NCBI RefSeq assembly: GCF_963676685.1
Contig: NC_092352.1
Location: 20,646,001-20,710,000 of the forward strand
Direction of reading: 5' to 3'
DNA length: 64,000 nucleotides
Source: Mytilus edulis
Taxonomy: Eukaryota
Part shown: positions 49,485-62,044 of the stretch, in pieces
How positions within the stretch are numbered: the stretch's first letter is position 1
Layout of the letters: every line of letters begins with the position of its first letter
Position numbers and translations under genes: made by a program
Notes under the pieces: model-generated
Database searches by the model: none
Told to the model about the DNA's origin: nothing
The model's input: only the letters and a program-made list of their open reading frames with translations

Positions 49485-50293
49485 TCGTGGCCAAAATATT
49501 TGAAATCCAAAGCTTATATAAAAGATGAAGAGCTATAATCTAAAAGGTCAAAAAAGGTATAGCCAAATCCGTGAAACGAATCAGAGCTTTGCATGAGGGA
49601 GATACATTTCTTAATTTATAATAAGAATCACCGTTTCACAGATATCAGCTATGTTCATTATGTCGTAACTAAAATCCCCTTCCCTTTTCATGAATATGAC
49701 CTACCGAATTTGACTATTTACCGGGTTTGTAATAGCATGAGCAACACGACGGGTGTCACTCGTGGAGCAGGAACTGCTTACCCTTCCGGAGCACCTGAGA
49801 TCACCCCCAGTTTTTGTGGGGTTCGTGTTGCTCAGTCTTTAGTTTTCTATGTTGTGTGCTGTGTTCTATTATTTGTCTGTTTGTCTTTTTCTTTTTAGCC
49901 ATTGCGTTGTCAGTTTATTTTCAACATATGAGTACGACTGTCCCTTTGGTATCTTTCGCCCCTCTTGTATATAGAAAATAAATTATGAAACAAGTGCCTT
50001 TCATCTCAATCCGCCCCTTTTATTCTCGATACGAGTAATTATGAAATAAGCAAACAAAACTAACATTCAAATGCACAACAGGAAAAGCACATAAGTCTAT
50101 AATAACGGAAGAATTGATAACAAAAACAACCAATATCGCGTTGAGTAATGCATAGAGCTACTACATTTAAGAAAGTTGTATGTATCTAAATGTTTGCTAA
50201 TTAGCTAGTATAAAGCAATGTACGATGACCTAGCACATTAAGACATTATCATGTGCAATGAGCAGGTTTGTGTATAACTATTTCTTTCAAAGT

Positions 50294-50830
50294 AGAGGTG
50301 AAAGATACCGAAGGGCCATTCAAACTCATAAGCCGTCATTAAATGACAACACCATGGTAAAAGACTAAAGAACAAACAACACCATACAAATAATAACTAA
50401 ATACTAAATACCGAGCAACGCAAACCCCGCCAAAACCCAGGTGCTACAGTAGGGTAAACAGATCCTTCTGAACGTTTGCTCATTTTAGTAAAAACTCAGT
50501 TATGAGTAGAACTTGGTACACACTAAGAGAGGATATGATTGTGGTTACGAAATTGGAACATGTCCGTCGTATATGTGAAACACGTATTCCGTAACGGTCA
50601 ACCAACTCGTGATGGCGTCCGTAAAATATTCGAGAGGTTGATTTTAACTTCATCACTTGGAACTCTTAGATTAATAGCATCTTTGTGAGCAGCAATCCTA
50701 TATCAAGGTAAAACTCCATATGCAGGCACTGCTGGAGTGTTGCTACATAGAAATGGAAAATTTACAATTAGAAAGCAGAAATCATCTTTTTAGTCGTAAA
50801 GTTTTTTTCTCAACCGACCCTCATTGTCAA
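50294..50830 (-). mobile_element. Diverged Naiad family 2 3' fragment
   Basis: Colinear with 58803-59448. Confidence 0.7.
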
Positions 50831-51584
50831 TTGATCTATTGTCAATAAATGTAAGATAAGAAATGAGACAGACATACCTGTACCTGTTGTATCAGTCTAT
50901 GGAAGAAGCGATTCGATAAAAGCTTTTCTTATATCAACGAGCGATATTGTCTTATATCAACGAGTTGCATTGTGGGAAATTTCAGACGAATGTTAGCATT
51001 TGTACGAAGAAAGGCAGATTTCTCGGTATAAAGTAATGACTCTTTTCTTAAAACAGGGTGACATTTAACATGACATACGTCAGGTGTATAATTTTCATGA
51101 GTTATTTTATGTAATAACAAGCAAGGTGTATTTAAACGAGAAAATTGAATTATTGAATAAATGAAAAATAAATGCACGATTTATCATTTGTAGATGTACA
51201 CATTCTATAAATATCATGTAGCAAATTCAGTGGAATGCAATTGAGATGAATTCAACTGTTTGCCACGTCAAAATCACCTATAAGTCAACGATACTGCTAT
51301 ATTTTAAAATATCAATGCTATATTTGTCTTATATCATAGCGATGATTTTTTTAATATCAAAAATTTATGAATGCGATACTTTTCTAATATAACTGCTTTA
51401 GTTTTCTAATATAGAATTAATACGTTGACACTTCACAATGCATGTCAAGAAAACTGCAAACATAATTCACAAACTTAGATCATGACCAGTTCAACGTTTT
51501 AGGATCAACATCACTAAAATTTCGTAACTGTAACACAATTAACGCTTACATGAACTTATCATTCCGAAAATGTTGCTTGACCCG

Positions 51585-52040
51585 TATGAATGGTTTTACA
51601 CTAGTAATTTTGGGGCCCTTTATAGCTTGTTCGGTGTGAGCCAAGGCTCCGTGTTGAAGGCCGTACATTGACCTATAATCATGGTTTACTTTTTTTTAAT
51701 TTGTTATTTGGATGGAGAGTTGTCTCATTGGCACTCACACCACATCTTCCTATATCTATATATCTTTTCTATATTCATAAATTTAGATTGTTCAATTGGA
51801 GGACTGGAAAGCAGTTATTTATAAGGGGAAATTTTAAGATTTATAGATTTAAGAAGATGGTGCATGAGTTCGAATGAGACAACTTTCCATCAAAGTAATA
51901 ATTTGTTTAAAGTAAACCATTATAGATCAAAGTAAGTCCTTAAACACGGAGCCTTGGCTCACAGCGAACACCACGCTATATAGGAACAAGAACATTGCTA
52001 GTGTTATACCATTCAAACAGGAAAACCAACGGTCTAATTT
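51585..52040. repeat. Two SINE-like repeats in opposite orientation
   Basis: Core GTTGAAGGCCGTAC...GTTGTCTCATTGGCA.TCA.ACCACATCTTC; relatives at ~21385-21566, 27365-27475, 33895-33990 and 53930-54130. Confidence 0.65.
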
Positions 52041-53146
52041 AAAAAAAAAAAAAAAAAAAAAGAAGATTCAAAAGTACAGGTCAATCATTTTGATACTTAG
52101 CTATTTGATTATTTGATTACGGCATTGTTTATTAAACTCTTATTTGATTAGATTTGCTTCCAAAACCAATTGAGAAATTTGTAAGATAATACCAAAAACA
52201 ATTTGAATTTAAGCAATGGTCTTAAAACTGCTTATTTACATACAATACTACTAAGAAGTAAAATTAAAAAAAATACTGAACTCCGCATTGTTTATTTATG
52301 TATATAAGAAAAACACAGCACTTCAAATTTTACACTGACATAAACGTAAGCTTCTAACTAACTTCTGCATGTATATTTAGACTCAATTGTTGTTTATATT
52401 TGAACAATAAGTTTTAAAATTAGTATTTTCTTAATTTTTCGTTGCCGAAAACAACATTTTCCACATGGAATGTCTGCATATTTACAATTGATATTAGACA
52501 ATATCGCTATGTGATTTAAGAAAAGTTTTTATCGATACGCTTCTTCCATAGACTGTGTATCCTTTATTGTAAGTCACCAAACTTTGAATTATATACTGAG
52601 AGGTCATCATCCTTATAGCAGAAAGTGAAGTTAAAGGATATTGCTATTTTCTTTGCTTCTTAAGAAAATTCTGTGTGAAGTAAGTCTCATATGAATAAAA
52701 AATACAAGTCGGCAAGAAGAGAAGCACAGCTGTTTCCCATGAGAGTGCCGATTGTTTGTTGAAAAAAAGCCGTAGCAAATATGTTGTCAATAAAGAATTA
52801 AGCATCTTGATGATGTCAATTGCAGATCATTTGCCAAAATTGAACAAGTTTCATTCGTTAGCAATTGATTGATAGATATGTGATCGATCTTCAACTTTTC
52901 TTGACAGAACATCTATCTGCTAACTACATACAGTGTATTCTCAATTGGTATTAGTGCATAAACGAGTGGCCCAGGATGCAGTACAGGCACAACTACTCTT
53001 TTTTCGGATATTAACTTTGAATTGCATTTTAACTATCACGTATAGCTCATAAATAAAGGCAACAGTATTATACCGCTGTTCAAAAGTCATAAATCGATTA
53101 AGAGCAAATAAATCCGGGTTTCATAAAACAAAATAGTTTCACTTAC

Positions 53147-53877
53147 TGTTGTAATAGACCAGCCTTCATCGGCAAGCAGAAATACTGGCATGATGCGTCT
53201 ATTGTTTCTGTAGTGCCAGTGATCGGGTATATCTTCCTTCTTGAAAACTGAAATATGTGAAACGTTCTGGAGACTCTGGACAACATCATCTATCAGTCCC
53301 AAAGAAGGTTGGATCTGCATGATTGGTCCGTTATCCACAGGAAACTGTATTTTGCTCATATTCACATGATCTGTAATGTCAACTACTTTGTTAGCAGTAT
53401 CTATAGTTGTCATTCCATGATCGCTGGTCAATATCAAATTCACCTTGTTCGTGAGATTATGCGAGTCAAATTTATCCAAAAGATATCCTAAAATCTTATC
53501 CATAGCTTGAACTTTTTCAATAATCTGAGGCGAATCTGGACCAAAGGCATGTCCAGTGGCGTCTGGTTCATGGAAATACAGATTTACAAGATCTATGTGT
53601 TCATCTGTCAACCATGTTATCACCGTATCAATACGATTTTTGAAAGGCACTGATTGGTTATAATGTTTCCAGATGTTTGGCCTGTAACCCCTGATTTCGG
53701 CTTCACTTCCTGGCCAGAAATACGTAGCACTTTTCAGGTTTTGTCTACGAGCAGTTACCCATATAGGTTCTCCACCATTCCACCATCTCGTTTCGTAATT
53801 TTGCATGTTAAAAGTGCTGTTGAATACTGGATCATACATTTTATTCCCAATAATGCCATGGCTTTCTTCATATAGAC
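53147..53877 (-). CDS. ENPP4-7-like phosphodiesterase copy B, exon 2
   Basis: 731 nt with the same boundaries as copy A; HGIIGN, EPDATGH, TSDHG. Confidence 0.95.
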
Positions 53878-54599
53878 CTACAATTCAACCATAAATATTT
53901 TTTATCAATCACAAGAAAGGGTGCAAATGGATATAGGAAGATGTGGTAAGAGTGTCAATGAGACAACTCTTCATCCAAGTCATAATTTGTAAAAGTAAAC
54001 AATTATAGGTCAACGTACGGTATTCAACACGAAGCATTGGCTCACACCGAACAGTAAAACCATCTAACGGGAAAACTAACGATCTTATCTATAAAAAAAA
54101 CCCGAGAAACGCTTATGAATCACATCAACTACGACAGAAACAAGCTTAGATTTAATATAGACTATAAGACAAGAGAATGAATATCGGTACGACTATATCT
54201 TCAACTACCGACAAAATACTTCCTTCAATATATGCGGAAATAAAGGTCTCGGTAAAGTAAATCTGAATAGTTCAAACGATATCTGTTATGCAGTAAATGT
54301 TTCTTATGCGGTTTTATATGCACATATTTGAAATCATAATTCATCTTTTGATAAAATTGATATGTTCATCCATCATTTTTCTGAATTTTATCACAAATTT
54401 AAGAATATGTTCTGGAAGTATGATTTGAATCCCATTTGCAACCAAGCCTTTTTGTTATTGTTTATTACGTATTGAAAAGGCTTGTTAGAAATGATACGAC
54501 TTATATTCGCATTCATTCTAAAAGGTTGTGATTTTCTGCACTTTTCTCGACGTTCAGTGTTATTTAATGTTTTGTCCTTCATAGGCATTGCAATCATAT

Positions 54600-55700
54600 G
54601 AATCCAGGAAAGATGTTTATGAAAAGGGACTAAAAGATTGCTCCAGAGATCTAAAATCATTACAATCGGTTTGTACTTTTCTTCATATATTTGACGTTAC
54701 TATAAAACCTATGTTACTATATGGGTGTTAAAATTGGGGGGTAATAATTATAACGAAAAAAAATGGAAAATATTTCACTTAATGAATGAAATTCTCAAAG
54801 ACTGGAAACATGGTGTATATAAATGTGAAAGAAAACAGCATAAATGTACTGAATTATAATGATATCTACTTGGAACAAAATAAAATGTAAGAAATTATAA
54901 AACTTTGGAGTTATCTCTCTTTATTCACGAATTGAACCTATCTATAGTACAACATGACTTGTGTGCATAGCTTTAATATATGAATTGTCTCAGAACTTGG
55001 ACATAACACATGTGTCCTTGCAGTGGTTGATACAAGAACACTCACTAAATGACTTAAAAACATGTTGCCTATAATGAATATATGAATGGGGATCGCAGAG
55101 ACCACTCCTGGTTCCCTTATATGTCCTTGCACTGGTTAATACAAGAACACTCACCGAATGACTTATCAAATGTTGCATTTAATGAGTATTTGAATGGGGA
55201 TCGCAAGACAACTCATGGTTCCCTTATAATAAATTATTCAACAAAAAATTAAACGTAACAAAAATCTTATGAAACCTAAGTACTGATGAAAAAACGACTA
55301 AAAGATGATCTTCTAAAATTCTGGTAAAGTATAAAAGATTCTTCACCTAATAACAAAGGCAAATTATACAATTACTTTAAATTTAAGTCTACATTCCAGT
55401 TCGGAAAAAAAATAGAAATAAAACATAAAACATAAATTTAATCGAACAATGCTCTCTAAATTCGGAAGAAAGTAATCAATTTCTTAGGGAAGAAACTTGA
55501 AGACGTGAGAAGAGATACTACTCTTTTGGAAAATCATAGCCATCACCAAGATGTGAAAGACTTTCGTAGTTCTATGATCTAAACCAAGTACAGGACAAGG
55601 TACTTGTTTTGCTTCAATGTCCAATATATAACCATTGGAGAAAAACTATGTTATCTCAAATCAATTCCTTAATATAAAGTATATAAGTACAAGTAGGTCG
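54600..55700 (+). mobile_element. Highly degenerate non-LTR retrotransposon remnant
   Basis: LHIFDVTIKPMLLYGC-like RT C-terminal motif at ~54680-54730 and downstream 'LSKF...LLQCPIY' fragments. Confidence 0.4.
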
Positions 55701-56961
55701 TTTATATGAATAATGCGTAATGAAGACAACATCTTTCTATCTTTAATGCGTGAATATTTGAAGCTTAATTTTGCTTAAAGAAAACAGCATTAATGTACTG
55801 AATTATAATGATTATATCTATTTGGTAAGAATTAAAAGGTTTGTAAGAATTTATAAAACTTAAGAGTTATCTCTCTTTATTCACGAATTGGACCTATTTA
55901 TATTACAAGTTCTAATGTGTTGTGCTTAAGCGGAATTGGAATGGTTGAATGATATGAAAGTGTGAATGATCGTGTCAAATTCTATAATGACAGAAAGGGC
56001 ACATTTAGAATAAATTTGAATTTGAAACGAGATTCTTGAATTCATAACTGTTACAATGCATGCATCTACATAAAAATAAGTACTGCATGCAGGTTTTTTT
56101 TTTTTTTTTTTATCTTTTTTACAATAATTTCGAATCTATCGCAGGCTACTTAACTTTCGAGTTTGCTGACGAAGTTAACCGAGTCTTGACATTAATAAAC
56201 AATCAACACAGAGCACGCAAAAATAAGTGAATTAAGTCGGAGAACTATGATTTATATTTTTTTAATTTTCCATGCATTCCAATTTTTTTCATTAAAAGTT
56301 CCCTTAAACAATTGTTATATGATTTGGTTATTGAATTTGTTCTTTACTGTTTTCTTTCCAGCTAGTGCATGTGTGTTTACATTCTTTCAACTCTGTTTTC
56401 CCGTCTGTGTTTTCCTTGCTTTGTGTGGTGGTCGAAATTCTAACGAAAGGTTTTGTAGTTAAGATCACTGCATACCGGAAGATATCGTCGAATTAGTGTA
56501 CGGTCACACAATAATGCAATCGCTTACACTTATGAAGATTTTGATATTCTAAAAGAATTTACTTTTACATGTAAGTTCACGTTCATTTGTTTAGTAGTAC
56601 TTTCAAACACATTTAACCTTATTTTTAATTTGAAGTTTTATAGGACTCTAGGCTTAGTTAAAAATAAATAACAATAAGATGACTACCTCAATCTTGACCA
56701 CAAACCAGACCCGACCTACATTTTTTTTGGCTCAGGACATAGGTTTTTTTTAACATTCTTTTATTTCTTATACATTTGAATTACCAATATTTGTTTCGAA
56801 ATCAGTATATTAAAAAAAAAGATAGATTTTTTTTTCAATTTCCTATTAAAACTTGTAATAAAATAACATGCAAATTTATAAGCAATATGTCATTACACTC
56901 TACACTTAATATTTCTTATATAACCCTGTCGAAAGCAAAGGTTTTTCTCAATACTACTTAC

Positions 56962-57178
56962 CAGTGACAATAGTATAATGGCAGGGGAATGTCTTCGTTA
57001 TAAAGGTGTTGTTAATGTAACTGGCTTTAGTCCCATTTTGCGCAAGGCGATCAAAGTTTGGTGTGGAAACTTTCGTCAAATAGTCCCATCTAAAGCCATC
57101 CATAGATACTAACAACACTTGATTACTATAAACACTAACAAACATGAATGTGAAGACTACAAATACACGTCCGTCCAT
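56962..57178 (-). CDS. ENPP4-7-like phosphodiesterase copy B, exon 1
   Basis: Signal peptide, SMDGFRWDY, TKTFPCHYTIVTG; donor G|GTAAGT; spliced ORF ~417 aa. Confidence 0.95.
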
Positions 57179-57576
57179 CTTTGTTTCAACCTTAATTGTT
57201 CAATCATTACATATACAGATAAACTAAATTTAGATTGAACTGTTTGATAGATACAGGAAGGATAAGATGTACAAATCATAGTAACCTAATTAGTCAAAAT
57301 GTGATGCACCTTATCGGTCTTAATATTTCTAGTGCCTGGTAACGACTTTAAGCTGATTAAACATTTATTTTCCTAATAAAAAATGCAATTTCTTTTTAAT
57401 TCAGAAAACTGATAACATGAATTGATAACCGACAAAAATAACTAAAGAAAAAATATAAAATGCACTGAAAGCAAATTACATAATCTGAGTTTTGGTTTGT
57501 CATGTTATCTAGTTTGTTTAATGACTTAAACTTTATACCTTCCTTGTTTGATAACATCCGAGCATATTATTTATAA

Positions 57577-58083
57577 CAAGAATGTGTCCTAAGTACACGG
57601 ATGCCCCACTCGCCTATCATTTTCCATGTTCAATGGACCGTGAAATTGGGTAAAAAATCTAATTTGGCATTAAAATTAGAAAGATCATACCATATAGGAA
57701 ACATGTGTACTAAGTTTCAAGTTGTTTGGTCTTCAACTTCATCAAAAACTACCTTGACCAAAAACTTTAACCTGAAACTCCCACTTTCATTTTCCATGTT
57801 CAGTGGACCGTGAAATTGGGGTCAAAAGTCTAATTTGGCTTTAAAATTAGAAAGATCATATCATAAGCAACAAGTGTACTAAGTTTCAAGTTGATTGGAC
57901 TTCAGCTTCATCAAAAACTACCTTGACCAAAAACTTTAACCTGAAGTGGAGTGAACGGACTCACGGACGGACAAACGAACGAACGGACGAACGGACGAAC
58001 GAACGAACGAACGAACGGACGGACGAACGGAGGCACAGACCAGAAAACATAATGCCCCTCTACTATCGTAGGTGGGGCATAAA
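57577..58083 (-). mobile_element. HINE/pearl-like element, same family as 5463-6411 (two repeats)
   Basis: Reverse-complement match including termini and an expanded (ACGA/ACGG)n tract. Confidence 0.85.
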
Positions 58084-58802
58084 AATAACCAGCAGATTTT
58101 GATTTTTAAGTACACACCAGTTACATTAGAAGTCATACAGTAAATCTAAGTTTAAAGTTTAGATTCCTATATGGTTCTTATTCAGTACAGCTAGAGACGG
58201 AAACAAATGTTAAGTCGGGTATTTCCGGTTACCACAAATTTCTTTACCTAATTCTTTCAAAAGAACAAATATGTGTCATAGAAGTTAAGCTGTCTGTACC
58301 TTTCAATCGGAAGCCTTAAATAAGATAAGATTGTAAAATTCTGTAAAATCCATATAGACACAGAGATAATTATTACAATGAAATAGCTGGCATAAATCAC
58401 TGTTATTAAAGCTTATGATATCTTCGTAGCTGATGCCACACCGAAATAGGAAAATAAATCTAAAACTTCTACGACGATGACGTTCTTGATCCTTTGAATA
58501 AACGGTACTATAAAATTGATTATGATAATTAAAGCAACACAAAATATGTATTGCTTTACAGTTATACACACTGATGGTTATACCTACTGGTGATACTTAT
58601 GTTTTGGCATGCACAAAGCCATGCTTTCCTCTGTCTTTACAACAGAAACAGTCTGATACACTTGTACTGTTGATATCCGAGTGGGTAATTTAAAGGTTGT
58701 AATTGGCTTTTAACTACCAACTGCTAGTACCCTTTGGTCAGTAGTTTGTGTCTTTTATCATATTTTACTATATTTTATTATTTGTGTTTGTGCGTGTGTC
58801 TA

Positions 58803-59448
58803 AAAGAGGGACGAAAGATACCAAAGGGACAGTCAAACTCATATGTCGAAAATAAACTGACAACGCCTGGCTAAAAATAAAAGAAGACAAACAGACAAAC
58901 AATAGAACACATGACACAACATAGAAAACTAAAGAATAAGCAACACGAACCCCACCAAAAACTAGGGTTGATCTCAGGTGCTCCGGAAGAGTAAGCAGAT
59001 CCTGCTCCGCATGTGTCACCCGTCGTGTTGCTTATGTGATAACAAATCCGGTAAATAGTCCAACTCGGTAGGTCACATTCATGAAAGGGAAAGGGATTGT
59101 AGTTACGACGTAAGGAACATATCCGATATCATTTGTGAAACGGTTATTCCATAACGGTCAACCAACTGGTGATGGCGTCCGTAAAATTAATGAAGGGATG
59201 ATTTCAACTTCACCATTTGGAACTCTTGGTTTAATAGCTTCCTTGTGAGCAGCAACCCTCTATCAAAAAAATCATGATAGGAAATGCAAGCACGGGAATA
59301 TTGTATCAATTGGGAGATATGTACCCCGTTGCAGGTGCTGCTGGAATGTTGCTACTTAGAAATGGAAAGTTCACAATCGGAAAGCTAAAATCATCTCAAT
59401 TGTCGTAAAGCTTTGTTTTCAACCGACCCTCATTGTCAATTTCTAGAT
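58803..59448 (-). mobile_element. Naiad family 2 RT C-terminus + 3' UTR
   Basis: Reverse complement aligns with 49130-49965 minus its insertions. Confidence 0.85.
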
Positions 59449-60311
59449 GACGAGTGACGACGTCTAAAAGACGAGTGAAGCCCATTCCAATTATTTTTTA
59501 GTTTGTTCGTACATCGATATAACAATATTTTAGTATGTAATGACCAACATGAAGTAATCTCCTAGTGGAGCAGGAACTGTTTGCCCTTCCAGGACACTTT
59601 ACCTGTAGAGGTTATCATGATGCTGTTTACCACTATTTCCTATCTATGACAGTACACGAGATTTAATGCAAAAACCAAGAGAATTTAATTTAGCCAATTA
59701 ACTGTTGACATAGACATTTGCCTCGTATGTATGTAATTTTGATAGTAAAATGCAATCGGTTAAATTGCAATATTTTAAAATGAAACCATGCAAATTATTC
59801 TAAATTTAAATAATCTCTCTGAAATGAGAAGTCAATGCAGATACACCAAATATAATGACATCAAAGGTGGGGTCCCCCTAAACTGACAGAATCACAAACA
59901 TGTAAACTACCGGTATGTAAAAGTTCCGAAGCTAATGCATCAATACTAAGAGGACAGGGTTGTATAATCTACAAGTAGATATCATGATATGTACTAATGG
60001 TAATACAACTGAATACCAAATGTCATTGACTTACCATTAGTGCTTTATCTTAAAGTAACCTTATCTACTTTAACGTGTTAACTATTCAGACCGTGCGAGA
60101 CCTTCATAGGTAATCAAGGTCGTTAAACACCCCCTCGTATTTTGTAAACTTTGCAAGAAATTGTGCCAGTAGTCTAGGCCATGACTGATGGTGGAAATCG
60201 TCATTTAAGGGCAATATATTAGTTATTATGTAGATCTTGATATTGTTCATCTATTTTCATGGCTACAGTTTCTGTCTATCTTAGAAAGTTTTAAAGATAC
60301 TAGAAGAACAA

Positions 60312-61561
60312 ACTAGAGGCTCTAAAGAGCCTGTATCGCTCACCTTGGTCTATGATCATACTAAAAAAGGACATACATAATAGATGAGAATAGAATTCAT
60401 GAGAAAATCATGTTTCCAAATTGGGGATGATGATGTGTTTGTCAATCTTACTTTACTGAACATTCTTGCTGTTTACAATTTTTTCTATCTATAATGAACT
60501 TGGCTCGGTACTGTTTTGGTCAAGTTGACTTATTTGTAGATCTTACTTTGCTATAAATATTTGTTGTATACAGTTTATCTTTATCTAAGAAAATATTGAA
60601 GATAATTACCAAAAACTGCAAAATTTTCTTAAAATTACCAATTCAGGGGCAGGAACCCAACAACGGGTTGCCTGATTTTTCAAAAAATTGCAGGGCAGTT
60701 AGATCTTGACTTAATGAACATATTTAAATGATTGAGATTTGCTCTAAATGCTTTGAATTCAGAGATATTAGCCAAAAATTGCATTTTACCCTTATGTACT
60801 ATTTTTAGCCATGTCAGCCATCTTGGTTCGTGGACGAGGTCATTGGGTTTATTATTGAAACTGCATATCCTTAAGATGATGGTTGCCAAGTTTGGTTAAA
60901 TTTGTCTAAGTAGTTTCAGAGACTAAGATTTTTTAAAAAGATTACTAAAATTTTAGAAAAATGGTTAAAAATAGACTACAAAGGGCAATAACTCCTTAAT
61001 GGGTCAACTGACAATTTTGATCATCATGACTTATTTGTAGATCTTACTTTGCTAAACATCATTGCTGTTTACAGTTTATCTCTATCTTTTATAAAATTTA
61101 AGATAATAACCAAATACTGCAAAATTTTCTTAAAATTATTAATTCGGGGGCAGCAACCCAACAACGGGTTGTCTGATTTGTTGAAAATTTCAGGGCAGAT
61201 AGATCTTGACCTAATAAACAATTTAACCCAGTCAGATTTGCTCTAAATGCTTTGGTTTCAGAGATATAAGCCAAAATCTACATTTTACCCCCTATGTTCT
61301 ATTTTTAGCCATGGAGGCCATCTTGGTTGGATGGCCAGATCGTCGGACACATTTTTTAAACTAGATACCCCAAGGATGATTGTGGCTAAGTTTGGTTATA
61401 TTTGGCCCACTAGTTTCAGAGGAGAAGATCTTTGTAAAAGTTTACGGACGACGGACGACGGACGACGGACGACGGACGACAGACGACAGACGACAGACGA
61501 CGGACGACGGACGCCAAGTGATGAGAAAAGCTCACTTGGCCCTTTGGGCCAGGTGAACTAA
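60312..61561 (-). mobile_element. HINE/pearl-like element, family 2
   Basis: Same terminal hairpins as 8127-9385; (GACGACG)n tract at ~61445-61513. Confidence 0.8.
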
Positions 61562-62044
61562 AAACAGGAAAAGTTTTCAAAAATTGCCAATAATAACTCC
61601 TGATAGTTTCAGTGACATAATAATTAATAAGCTATTGTTTTCTAAACATTGTCAACAAAAATGATCATGCAAATGCGTGTTTGCCTATCTATTTATGCAA
61701 AAAATAGTCAAAATAGCAATTAAAGGGATATTTCTCTATTGTAGACTATATGAGAGTCATCTGATGTTTTCATTTCTTTTCAAATAGAATTGAGAGTGGA
61801 AATCGGAATGAGTCGGTGACAACAGTCCGACCAAAGAGCTGAATTCAGCCGAGAGCCACCAATTGGTCTTAAAAGCAGCAAGAAAATCCCGCACCCAAAG
61901 GTGAGCTTCATCTGACCTCTAAATTGTAACGTGTACTAGCCCATCGAAATGTTTGCTGATTATAGTTTGTGCATATCTTTCAAAGTTTTTGAGATAATTG
62001 TCAAAAACCTCAATAAATTTATTTAAAATCACCACATTATAAAT

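Larger units (their letters stand above)
46300..49965 (+). mobile_element. Naiad-type PLE family 2 (5'-truncated RT + 3' UTR) hosting nested insertions, in ENPP-B intron 2
   Basis: ...KKLSETDIIK (ends ~46458) joins MLDFLIENIF...QQTVGIP (48575 on), then FTFRYI, ERIYPIELEI, KTKLYDKRDD, SQLIRYS and the 3' UTR. Confidence 0.85.
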
